Source of the DNA: a virus
DNA length: 64,000 nucleotides
IMG/VR virus record: IMGVR_UViG_3300027963_000040
Direction: 5' to 3' (one strand)
The position numbers and the translations under genes were made by a program. Of the stretch, positions 10,430 to 18,594 are shown piece after piece (the stretch's first letter is position 1; each line of letters begins with the position of its first letter). The notes under the pieces were generated by a model. The model was not told the origin of the DNA. It made no database searches and worked only from the letters and a program-made list of their open reading frames with translations.

Positions 10430-11171
10430 CAGATTTTGCCCTCACTGAAAGGATCTTTTTCGGTAAAGTCAATAAAGTCATCCGATCCCAGCGGGAAGTT
10501 ATCAGTTCCTTGCTGAATCGTATCGTTTTCAGACGCTGGATTGATAGTTTCAGGTTTGTAACCCTCTACAACCAGATAATTACTATCTTCATCAGTCAAA
10601 TTGACACCCTCTTCATTCATAATAGCATAATCAAGAATATTAACAGAGTAATTTTGCTGAATTGCATCGATCTCAGGAATACCAGTGTTGAATTGTTCGT
10701 TGCTGTATTCGAAGAGCTCACAAATCAGTTCCCAAGTCTGCAAAGCACCGAACTGATAAAACATCTCGAACTTATTGACGAACTTGATCTGGAAACATTT
10801 GCGATTCAGTGGGAAGTAAATCAGATCGCCTTCGTTCGGTCTTACCTGATCAGTTACAATAGCAACTTCCTGATTGAACGTTCTCTGGGCAATGCTGAAT
10901 ACAACCTGATCGCGAATCTGCAGTCCAAACTTAGACATGAAGTTACCATCGCCAGTAAATCCATCAATTGATTTGATGTAGAGCTCTACCATGATAGCAT
11001 GATTGTATTGTGATGAATCGTCTTCGCCGAGAAGCTTATCATAGTTGGTGATAACGCGAGGAATGTAATACATATCCTCGCCGTAGATTTTGATAGACTC
11101 TATGATCAGATCCTCGTAAAGGTTCTGTTCGTTACTAGCAGCAAAATTATTGAAAAAAAATTGGTGGCCAT
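10429..11171 (-). CDS. gp14: Neck protein gp14; natural start (ATG 11171) is one base out of frame at a T8 run
   Basis: Body has SKFGLQIRD, RPNEGDLIYFP and ELFEYSNE motifs. The N-terminus MATNFFFNNFAASNEQNLYEDLIIESIKIYGED is recovered only if one base is added at 11153-11160. The ORF track starts at the internal ATG 11073. Confidence 0.88.
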
Positions 11172-11830
11172 TAGGCTATACCTCCTGCGGTCTTTGACTT
11201 GTTAGCTCTTCTTTTTTCCCAACCAAGTCTAACTTTTTCTTTCCACTCTTCTGACTGATAATAGCCGGATTCAACACGTTTCTTTTGAGAAACTTTACCA
11301 GCGTCAGAAGCTAGTTTTTTTGTGTTTGGGTTTGACGATCTGGACTCGCTCATTTTTTTTCTCGACTCTTCGCTGTGTTTGCTTCCAACTCTAGAAGCAA
11401 TAACAGCAGCCGCATGTTCGGCACTATTTTTAGAGTTTTTTCTTCCGGCGTGAAGTTTAGCGGCATGCTCTTTCGATATACCATTAGGAAATCTTTTTTT
11501 GTACGCTTCTCTCAATTTTTTTCTGTGTTCCTCGGTCATTTGACCTTTAGCCCAACCATCAAAATAAAAGCCATCGTTGTTATGTCTGTTGTAAAATCCC
11601 TCATTTAGTTTAGCGTCAACAGATTGAAGAATTTTTGCTTCCAATTTTCTTATGTCCGCATGTTTCCCTCTAGCAACGATCTGCCTCGAGAAATCTTGAG
11701 GTCTCCGATTATACTCTTCCATCATGTATTTACTAGAACAAACGTAACCGTCATCCGTCGAACCTTTATGAGATCCGACATACAACTTGTTATTAACTTT
11801 ATCTGTCCAACAGTACACGAAAGCTTCCAT
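11171..11830 (-). mobile_element. Free-standing GIY-YIG (Seg-like) homing endonuclease with NUMOD3-like basic repeats
   Basis: N-terminal AFVYCWTD...LYVGSH...YVCSS and FYNRH; C-terminal HSEESRKKMSE and MTEEHRKKL repeats; inserted between gp13 and gp14. Confidence 0.88.
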
Positions 11831-12636
11831 TAGGCTGCTCCAACAAAACCGAGAACGGTTTGCAGTAAAGGAACAGAAACGGCAAGACCGAATAAAATTC
11901 CGATCATATCCGTAACTGGAAGTGAATAGCTAATGATCATCTCGCGTTCTAGCTCTCCACGCTCGCGTATGGCATCATCGTAGATTCTCTGACCATTAAA
12001 CTGAATACCACCTGGTAGAGTCATGCCAGTAAACTTAGAAAGGTTTGCTCCCCACTGCTGCTTGATCAAGCAAGTAGCATAGCGAAGAAGCCAACGATCT
12101 TTCCATACGTCAGGAAATAATGCCGGATCGACAATCTGATAAGCCTCTACAATGATGTAGTCACCAGTATTGACAATCTGCCAGTCCATATCAATGTAAA
12201 GGCGATTGATGTTTCTGTTATAACGAATAGGCTGCTGACCGACGAGCATCTGTTCTAAGAACTGAACGTGAGTCAGCGCCATGTAATAAGGAACCATTGA
12301 TACAGAAGTAAGAGTGTAAAGATCGTTCAGAGCGATCTGATAACGAATGTTGAACAGGTTGTTGGTGTTCAAGCCTTGACCAATTGGAAATAAGTTAACA
12401 GCACCAATAATATTCTCAGGCATTGTAATATATTTGTTAATCTTATCAGCATCTGTAATCTGATACTTGTAGAAGGTTCTTTCGGAGCCATCGAAGTGAT
12501 AATCCCAGTAATACTTCAATGCTTCATCAATACGATCATCAACCTGATCATCGTCAACGTTGATTTCGATTACAGGTTTACCAAGAGTTCTTAGGCAATA
12601 CTCTTTGAACTGGTCTTTTGTTGTCGGCGTTGCCAT
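11830..12636 (-). CDS. gp13: Neck protein gp13 with an atypical hydrophobic C-terminal extension
   Basis: YCLRTLGKPVIEINVDDDQVDDRID and KQQWGANLSKFTGMTLPGG motifs; likely start MATPTT at 12636 with GGAG SD. Confidence 0.95.
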   Translation of the reverse strand: MATPTTKDQFKEYCLRTLGKPVIEINVDDDQVDDRIDEALKYYWDYHFDGSERTFYKYQITDADKINKYITMPENIIGAVNLFPIGQGLNTNNLFNIRYQIALNDLYTLTSVSMVPYYMALTHVQFLEQMLVGQQPIRYNRNINRLYIDMDWQIVNTGDYIIVEAYQIVDPALFPDVWKDRWLLRYATCLIKQQWGANLSKFTGMTLPGGIQFNGQRIYDDAIRERGELEREMIISYSLPVTDMIGILFGLAVSVPLLQTVLGFVGAA

Positions 12637-12673
12637 TAAAGCTCCTATATACAAGAAAATCGCGTGTTACTGT

Positions 12674-12681
12674 TATTTATA
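12674..12681 (-). promoter_or_regulatory. T4-type late promoter TATAAATA
   Basis: Exact consensus upstream of gp13. Confidence 0.85.
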
Positions 12682-12692
12682 AAGGATGAAGT

Positions 12693-13340
12693 ATGAGCTT
12701 ACAAAAAATAAGATTTAGCGAACTTGATTTTAAATATGATACCGACAGATTATTAAAAGAACTCAATATATTAAAATTTGTTCAATATTTGACTGATGCA
12801 TCAACTCATACTAATCACTATAAAATGCCCATATTCAATCAATCACAAATAAAAAATTGTAAAATTTGGAAAGGTATTAATTTAACAAATCCGCCCGATT
12901 CAGTTTTTATAAAAAATTCTAGTTTGAGCAAAATCCGTAATGAGAATAGCGAACTAGAGTGGGTTTGGGTCAAAGAATTTCCTTACATGCAATATATAGT
13001 CAAGAGTCTAGGTTTTTTAAAAACAAATCTTGTAAGAGTTCTTGTTTTAGAACCCGGATCTATCGGTCCCGTTCACAACGATAACTCTACTGGATCTTAC
13101 TATAGTGTTAACAGAACGTCGATAACTCTTAACATAAGCGATGGCGGAAGCCCATTGGTTTTTTTGAACGGAAACGAAATTCATAGTAAGATGCCTGGTC
13201 CTACATTTCTATTTAGAGATGATTGTTGGCATGGGATTCCGGAAACCAAAACACAAAGGTTTCAAGTGAGAATAAACGGAATGATTAACGAAACTGTAAA
13301 TAAATTGTTATTACAAAATACAATTATGGAGATTATCTAA
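12693..13340 (+). CDS. 2OG-Fe(II) oxygenase, aspartyl/asparaginyl beta-hydroxylase-like
   Basis: Cupin strand VRVLVLEPGSIGPVHND (HxD), distal WHG and RFQVRING. Confidence 0.75.
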   Translation: MSLQKIRFSELDFKYDTDRLLKELNILKFVQYLTDASTHTNHYKMPIFNQSQIKNCKIWKGINLTNPPDSVFIKNSSLSKIRNENSELEWVWVKEFPYMQYIVKSLGFLKTNLVRVLVLEPGSIGPVHNDNSTGSYYSVNRTSITLNISDGGSPLVFLNGNEIHSKMPGPTFLFRDDCWHGIPETKTQRFQVRINGMINETVNKLLLQNTIMEII

Positions 13341-14200
13341 TGAAAATTTACCTTGATCAAGTTCCCGACTCTTTGACTGTTATGGGACACATAAAAGCGA
13401 CAACGGATTGGAACAAAGCTTGCGAATCTGTTAAGCCGAAAACAAAAACACATCAATATGAATTCATTATACAGGATTTTGATCAACAATCAATCTTTAA
13501 TGCAATTCAACATAGCCTTGCAATCTATGGAGAACATGGCTGGAAATCTTCTGAAGGCGAATCAAAAGATTATGTCGGATTCAGTCTTGTTTACAATCCA
13601 GATCATCAGGAGTATTCGAATCTTCATAGTAGCACTCTTGGAACCTCTAAAAATCAAAAAAATCAATTTTTTTGGGGTAAAACAGAAACTCATACAAAAT
13701 TAAAAAATAGTTATTTCGATACGCTCGGATTTAATAAACAAACTCCTGCTAGTCAGTTTGATGCGCTCGGAAAGTTTCTTTCTAGAAGAAAATGTCAAAT
13801 GATACGAGGAAGATTATCTTCTATAGATGGTACACAAATAGAAAATACATCTGTTGGCTGGCACAGAGACGAACCCGTATTTGAAAATTTAAGATTGAAC
13901 GTGCCAATTGTTACTACGAAAGATTACCTATTTCAGATGGAAGGTAAAGAACCTTGTCATCTTGAAGTCGGTAAAGCATACAGCTGGGATACAAATACGC
14001 CTCATAGAGTTTTTAATACAAAGTGGTCCGAAACGAAACGGACACATCTTGTTATAGGTTTCAGCCCTTGGTTAAATTATAACGAAAAAGAACGTTATTG
14101 GGAATCAAATGAATTTTATGGAAAAAAACATCCATTTGATATGCTGATAGATGAAGATGTGTTCGCCGGTCTAGATTATAATCAGATGTTCCATTCGTAA
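13340..14200 (+). CDS. 2OG-Fe(II) oxygenase, aspartyl/asparaginyl beta-hydroxylase-like
   Basis: WHRDEP (HxD), LRLNVPIVT, HLEVGKAYSWDTNTPHRVF and RTHLVIG; TAATG coupling to the upstream oxygenase. Confidence 0.78.
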   Translation: MKIYLDQVPDSLTVMGHIKATTDWNKACESVKPKTKTHQYEFIIQDFDQQSIFNAIQHSLAIYGEHGWKSSEGESKDYVGFSLVYNPDHQEYSNLHSSTLGTSKNQKNQFFWGKTETHTKLKNSYFDTLGFNKQTPASQFDALGKFLSRRKCQMIRGRLSSIDGTQIENTSVGWHRDEPVFENLRLNVPIVTTKDYLFQMEGKEPCHLEVGKAYSWDTNTPHRVFNTKWSETKRTHLVIGFSPWLNYNEKERYWESNEFYGKKHPFDMLIDEDVFAGLDYNQMFHS

Positions 14201-14610
14201 CGATGTGCTGTCGGTTCAATACCGAGGCTTTTAAAATTCTCAATCATTTCAGGTGAAGCGAGTAATGAAACGATAGTTGTCAAACGTTTCACACCAAGTT
14301 CTTTTAATGCGTCAATAGCCATCTGACGTGTCGTGATTGCAATTCTTTGTTCTCTATATTCCGGTTTCACATAAGTCAAATTAGAGTCGTAAAACTCCGA
14401 CGTGATTTTATGATAAACCCTAATTCCTACTGGAACATCATCAACTTTTAGTAGGAAAAAAATGCCATTCGTAACATTGATATGAGGAATTTCTGGAGCT
14501 AGAGCTCCTTTTTCCATTAATTCTTTCCAGGAATCTCCCCAAAAACCAGCAACAATACCGAAACGTTCTTTATTTTCTTCTGGTTTTACTTGTTCAATTG
14601 TAATATTCAT
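14182..14610 (-). CDS. GNAT-family acetyltransferase
   Basis: Acetyl-CoA motif A-like YVKPEYREQRIA; 142 aa with a GNAT-like pattern. Confidence 0.7.
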   Translation of the reverse strand: MNITIEQVKPEENKERFGIVAGFWGDSWKELMEKGALAPEIPHINVTNGIFFLLKVDDVPVGIRVYHKITSEFYDSNLTYVKPEYREQRIAITTRQMAIDALKELGVKRLTTIVSLLASPEMIENFKSLGIEPTAHRYEWNI

Positions 14611-14623
14611 TTAAATCTCCAAT

Positions 14624-16036
14624 TTACTTTTTTGCAACTGTTGGAATTGCTTCTTCTCTAATCTGCGGTACTAATTGCTCAATGCCTCTAATTTTACCCC
14701 ACAAATCTTGTCTATCTTCTGGTAGCTGATAATCTTCATCAATAGCAGTAATCTTGTAAGGAAGTGCTCCGGTAGCGGCTTCTAACGCAATAGCAAAGAA
14801 TGGAAGATGATCCGAGTAAGCTGCATCACAAGACAACTTGAAATACTCTCCTTCAAGAAACATACAGGAACCTTTACATACCTGTAATAGAGGACACTTG
14901 GCGCAATCATCTCTGAACTTCCAATGCGTCGATGTATTCAATTTCACATTGGCTAATTGATTAACATGCCCAATTCTATGAGACTTACCATTCGGAGCTT
15001 TTGAAACAGCCGTGACATTCTGACAGGTGAGCACATTGCCCTGAAGATCAACAGCCATGGTATCTTCTTGATCCATACCACACTTCTGACCTAAAGTGTC
15101 GGCTGATCTGTAATTACCCCAGCTATTAAGCCATTCTTGAACTCTTTGTTTGACAATGATGAAACGATTAATATCATTATTACGGATCGCCATCAAAGTA
15201 GTCATTCTATGACCTACATGTTCTTCATCACCTTGTGGCACATTTTTTTTACCACCTTCATCATATACATCGATGAATCCACCTTCACCGATCATGAAAT
15301 TGCTCTGTGGATTTAAATTAAACAGATCCTCAAAGAATGTCTGAATACTAGCGCGATCCATGTTTTCGCGATGCACCATTGAATTGATGCTGATTCTACC
15401 TTCAGGAAGGAAGCGATTGAATAATTTAAACAAGATTTTTCTTTGAACTGGATCTTCAAACGGATCTGGACCTCTTACATTCTGACCTGGACCATCGTGA
15501 GATACAGCCATGCTAAAACCCATGTCATACAACCAATCAATGATTTCTTCTGTGATCAAAGAGCCGTTAGTAATAACCGAAAATTTTGTTTTTGGATATT
15601 TTTCACGAAGACGTTCAGCCAATGGCTTCATGATCTTCCAATACACAAAAGGTTCACCACCCCAGAATTCAATTTTCTCTGGTGGGATCTTAAGCCAACT
15701 GTCCATGTTATTGATAAATCGATCCATCAATTTTGTATTCGAATGATCGATGTTCGGTACAAATCTTTGAGAACAATATTCACAAGAGTAGTTACAAGAA
15801 AGACCCATCTGAATCTTCAGAAGTTTAATGTCCGACTTACTACCTGGAGTATTGACTGAGATTGGCTTTACAGCATCGTTTGACTTTTGAGACCATACCG
15901 GTTTGATGTTAACCAATTTGTTCTTAGAATCAAAAATCTCAGAAGTCATATTATCGTAAATATAACTTACTTGATCCAATTTTTCAATTTTGTTATCAAC
16001 AAAAACTGGTTTGGTACATTCTAATAAAAATTTCAT
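14624..16036 (-). CDS. Radical SAM enzyme with SPASM domain (peptide/protein maturase type)
   Basis: CNYSCEYC (CX3CX2C), FWGGEP, ITNGSL and SHDG; C-terminal C...C...CAKC-X5-C-X3-C-X11-C. Confidence 0.93.
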   Translation of the reverse strand: MKFLLECTKPVFVDNKIEKLDQVSYIYDNMTSEIFDSKNKLVNIKPVWSQKSNDAVKPISVNTPGSKSDIKLLKIQMGLSCNYSCEYCSQRFVPNIDHSNTKLMDRFINNMDSWLKIPPEKIEFWGGEPFVYWKIMKPLAERLREKYPKTKFSVITNGSLITEEIIDWLYDMGFSMAVSHDGPGQNVRGPDPFEDPVQRKILFKLFNRFLPEGRISINSMVHRENMDRASIQTFFEDLFNLNPQSNFMIGEGGFIDVYDEGGKKNVPQGDEEHVGHRMTTLMAIRNNDINRFIIVKQRVQEWLNSWGNYRSADTLGQKCGMDQEDTMAVDLQGNVLTCQNVTAVSKAPNGKSHRIGHVNQLANVKLNTSTHWKFRDDCAKCPLLQVCKGSCMFLEGEYFKLSCDAAYSDHLPFFAIALEAATGALPYKITAIDEDYQLPEDRQDLWGKIRGIEQLVPQIREEAIPTVAKK

Positions 16037-16064
16037 TATATATTTCCTTTATATCATTCACTAT

Positions 16065-16484
16065 TTATTTACACTGACAATTACAATCACATGCACAATC
16101 GCATGCACAAGCACAATTACAATTACAGTTATTGGTAACAACACCATATGGATTGCAATTATAAGTGCAAGCACAATTGCAATTGTATTGAAGCCAATAT
16201 CTACCGTCACAATTTGCACAATTTACATTATAACAATTTAGACAATTAACACAATTAGTTGGAAAATCGCATGCACAATTACAATTACAGGCACAATTTC
16301 CATTATTACAATTACCGTCATTGTTTTTCTGATACCATTCTTTATTATGAGAAGTGTTCAAATCCCAACCACGTTGACCATCTTTTGTATTATAATAGAT
16401 GTCTGACATAGCAAACTGACCACCTGCGCCAATAACAGAGCGCACGTCACCAAAAGATATTGTTCCTGAAGTAGGTGTTCCCAT
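16065..16484 (-). CDS. Asn-Cys repeat protein (25 Cys), candidate rSAM substrate/fibre-tip protein
   Basis: N-terminus MGTPTSGTISFGDVR; all 25 Cys lie in the last ~81 aa; ends CQCK. Confidence 0.8.
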   Translation of the reverse strand: MGTPTSGTISFGDVRSVIGAGGQFAMSDIYYNTKDGQRGWDLNTSHNKEWYQKNNDGNCNNGNCACNCNCACDFPTNCVNCLNCYNVNCANCDGRYWLQYNCNCACTYNCNPYGVVTNNCNCNCACACDCACDCNCQCK

Positions 16485-16505
16485 ATCAATTTATTTCCGA
16501 ATTAT

Positions 16506-16913
16506 TTATTTACACTGACAATCACAATTACAATTACAATTACAATTGTTTTGAACACATTGTGAAGCATTGCAATTATACGGTCCGCAATTTCCATCAT
16601 TACAGTTATTTTGTAACCCATAACCACCGCAATTGATACAATTAACATTTCCTGCATAAACACAATTTTGACAATTTTGTGGGAAATCGTAGCAATTACA
16701 GTTGAAAGTACAATTGCCGTTATTACAGTTGCCTTCGTTGGTCTTGTTGATATAAGCTTTACCGTAATAGTTACTCATAGCATAAGATTGTTGACCAGGT
16801 CTGGTGTTATTGTAAACATAAGCCATATCGATGATTGTACCACTGGCGCCACCGCCATTGATTTCAACGTGAATATCATTTAAGCTTAAAGGACCACTGC
16901 CCGGTAACGTCAT
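16506..16913 (-). CDS. Asn-Cys repeat protein (18 Cys), paralogue of the preceding ORF
   Basis: N-terminus MTLPGSGPLSLNDIHVE; shares GNCNNGNC, DFPxNC, LQxNCN and CQCK; starts immediately after the stop of the S74 fibre gene. Confidence 0.8.
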   Translation of the reverse strand: MTLPGSGPLSLNDIHVEINGGGASGTIIDMAYVYNNTRPGQQSYAMSNYYGKAYINKTNEGNCNNGNCTFNCNCYDFPQNCQNCVYAGNVNCINCGGYGLQNNCNDGNCGPYNCNASQCVQNNCNCNCNCDCQCK

Positions 16914-16914
16914 G

Positions 16915-18180
16915 TTAAATTCTCTTTTCTAGTTCTTCAACTTTAGCGGAAAGCTCTTTGATGGCTTCAATTAACAACGGCACAATCTTTTCATACTGAA
17001 CCGTTTTATAGTTTTCGCCTGATTTAGAGACATATGTATCCTCATCTATATATTCTCTATCAAATGGAGCCATCTGCACTGCTTCGGGAAGAATTGCTTC
17101 AATTTCGTGAGCAATAACACCAACTTGTTTGCTTTGATCTTTATAACCAAAACCTGCGGCAGTATCATTGCTATTGAATGTCACACCACGAATTGCTTTG
17201 ACTTTATTCAGAGCATCTGGTATTAGAGTGATATTGGTTTTTAATCTTACATCAGAGTAATAAGCAATGATGTTACCCGAAGTATGTGTTTCACCTGAAG
17301 TGTAAGTCGAGCGAGTGAGAACAATATGAGCGCCATCCCAATAACTTGCAACCGCAAGGGTACCTTCGTAATATACTGGACCAACAACACCGCTTGATTG
17401 CACATAGCCATTGAAATCAAACCTGTCACCACCATTGAAGTATAATCGCCTGTCGCCATTTCCAAATACTACTTGTCCTGTGCTACCACTACTTATGTAG
17501 GTACGAATTGACCCCGTTACCCCGATGTCAGAGGTAAATGTATCACCTGCTCTATTTGCAGGTGTATAACCCAATCTTGCTGGAATGTTTGTATAATAAG
17601 ATGATAGCTGTCCGCTAAAATAAGTTGCATTGTTAACAGTGCCATTAATTGCATTAGAATAAGCAGTTGCAGAATTGCCAGTGATTTGACTTTGAATTGT
17701 AGCAAGAGTTACGCCGCCATGATATGTGCTATTATTAGAAGTTAACGTTGCAACGTTAGCCGATAAACCAGCTGTAGTTTGATAGAGTGCAGCAGAATTA
17801 GCAACAGCATTACTGTAGGCAGAAGCAGCATTACCAGTGATCTGACCTTGAACCGTTGTTAATGTCAACCCACTAAAGTTATTTGAATTATTAGCAGTAC
17901 CTTGATAGATTGTGGAATTGACTGTAACACCAGAAAGTGATAATTGTCCACCAGTAATACTTGTGTTAACAGTAGCATTACCAACAAAATATGATGATGT
18001 ACTTATTGTGACGTTAGCACCAACCACAATTGATGTGGTAGCATTAGCTGTTGCTGTATTAACGGATGTTGCATTGAGTGATGTTGCAGTGATGACTGAT
18101 GCATTGACTGCAGTTGAATTAGCTGTGAAGTTTCCGTTGACGGTTAGCCCGTTCTTTACTACGAAATTGTTATTTGCCAT
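16915..18180 (-). CDS. Tail fibre with C-terminal intramolecular chaperone (peptidase S74-type)
   Basis: YYSDVRLKTNI, VGVIAHEIEAILPEAV and YEKIVPLLIEAIKEL coiled coil. Confidence 0.88.
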   Translation of the reverse strand: MANNNFVVKNGLTVNGNFTANSTAVNASVITATSLNATSVNTATANATTSIVVGANVTISTSSYFVGNATVNTSITGGQLSLSGVTVNSTIYQGTANNSNNFSGLTLTTVQGQITGNAASAYSNAVANSAALYQTTAGLSANVATLTSNNSTYHGGVTLATIQSQITGNSATAYSNAINGTVNNATYFSGQLSSYYTNIPARLGYTPANRAGDTFTSDIGVTGSIRTYISSGSTGQVVFGNGDRRLYFNGGDRFDFNGYVQSSGVVGPVYYEGTLAVASYWDGAHIVLTRSTYTSGETHTSGNIIAYYSDVRLKTNITLIPDALNKVKAIRGVTFNSNDTAAGFGYKDQSKQVGVIAHEIEAILPEAVQMAPFDREYIDEDTYVSKSGENYKTVQYEKIVPLLIEAIKELSAKVEELEKRI

Positions 18181-18213
18181 CTCAGTTCCCTATCCCTTGA
18201 GATTGTTTTTTAC

Positions 18214-18221
18214 TATTTATA
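18214..18221 (-). promoter_or_regulatory. T4-type late promoter TATAAATA heading fibre, Cys-rich ORFs, rSAM and GNAT
   Basis: Exact consensus about 33 nt upstream of ATG 18180. Confidence 0.8.
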
Positions 18222-18591
18222 CCCAAGGTAAAGCTTTAGGCAATATAGGATTTTTTAAAAGATTTAATTTTTTTTGCAATAATTCATTAATTTTATCATC
18301 CGGAGACAATGCATATTTTTCGCCAGGCATTTGTCCAGGTATAGTTTTTGCTGTAATTATACTTTTAATCCATGACACAATAAGATCTTTGTTTAGTTCG
18401 TTAAATGGTACATAATCTTGCGGTAGAACATCGACAGCGGTGAATTCAGTTTCGCCATCAAAAACGACTGTATTACCATCTTCGTCGATTGCAATTTTTT
18501 TCCAATGAATTAACACAACAGCATCAGGATGATCCGGTGATTCATTTCTTACATATAAATTAGTAATTTCCCAATCATATTTTATCGTCAT
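18217..18591 (-). CDS. Fibre-associated hypothetical protein
   Basis: MTIKYDWEI...YVPFNELNKDLIVSWI...LPW pattern, typical of small proteins next to fibre genes. Confidence 0.65.
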   Translation of the reverse strand: MTIKYDWEITNLYVRNESPDHPDAVVLIHWKKIAIDEDGNTVVFDGETEFTAVDVLPQDYVPFNELNKDLIVSWIKSIITAKTIPGQMPGEKYALSPDDKINELLQKKLNLLKNPILPKALPWV

Positions 18592-18594
18592 TGT

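Noticed and set aside
11171-11900. Group I intron carrying the GIY-YIG ORF at the gp13/gp14 junction
   Set aside because: The ORF abuts both neighbours through TAATG overlaps, leaving no room for an intron core, and I recognised no P7-type elements. A free-standing HEG fits better.
16065-16913. CRISPR array or simple DNA microsatellite (ACAATT repeats)
   Set aside because: The periodicity comes from Asn-Cys codons in intact ORFs; there is no repeat-spacer structure.
16065-16913. Plain metallothioneins
   Set aside because: Not excluded biochemically, but the Cys-free fibre-type N-terminus, Asn-Cys bias and adjacent SPASM rSAM argue for modification substrates.
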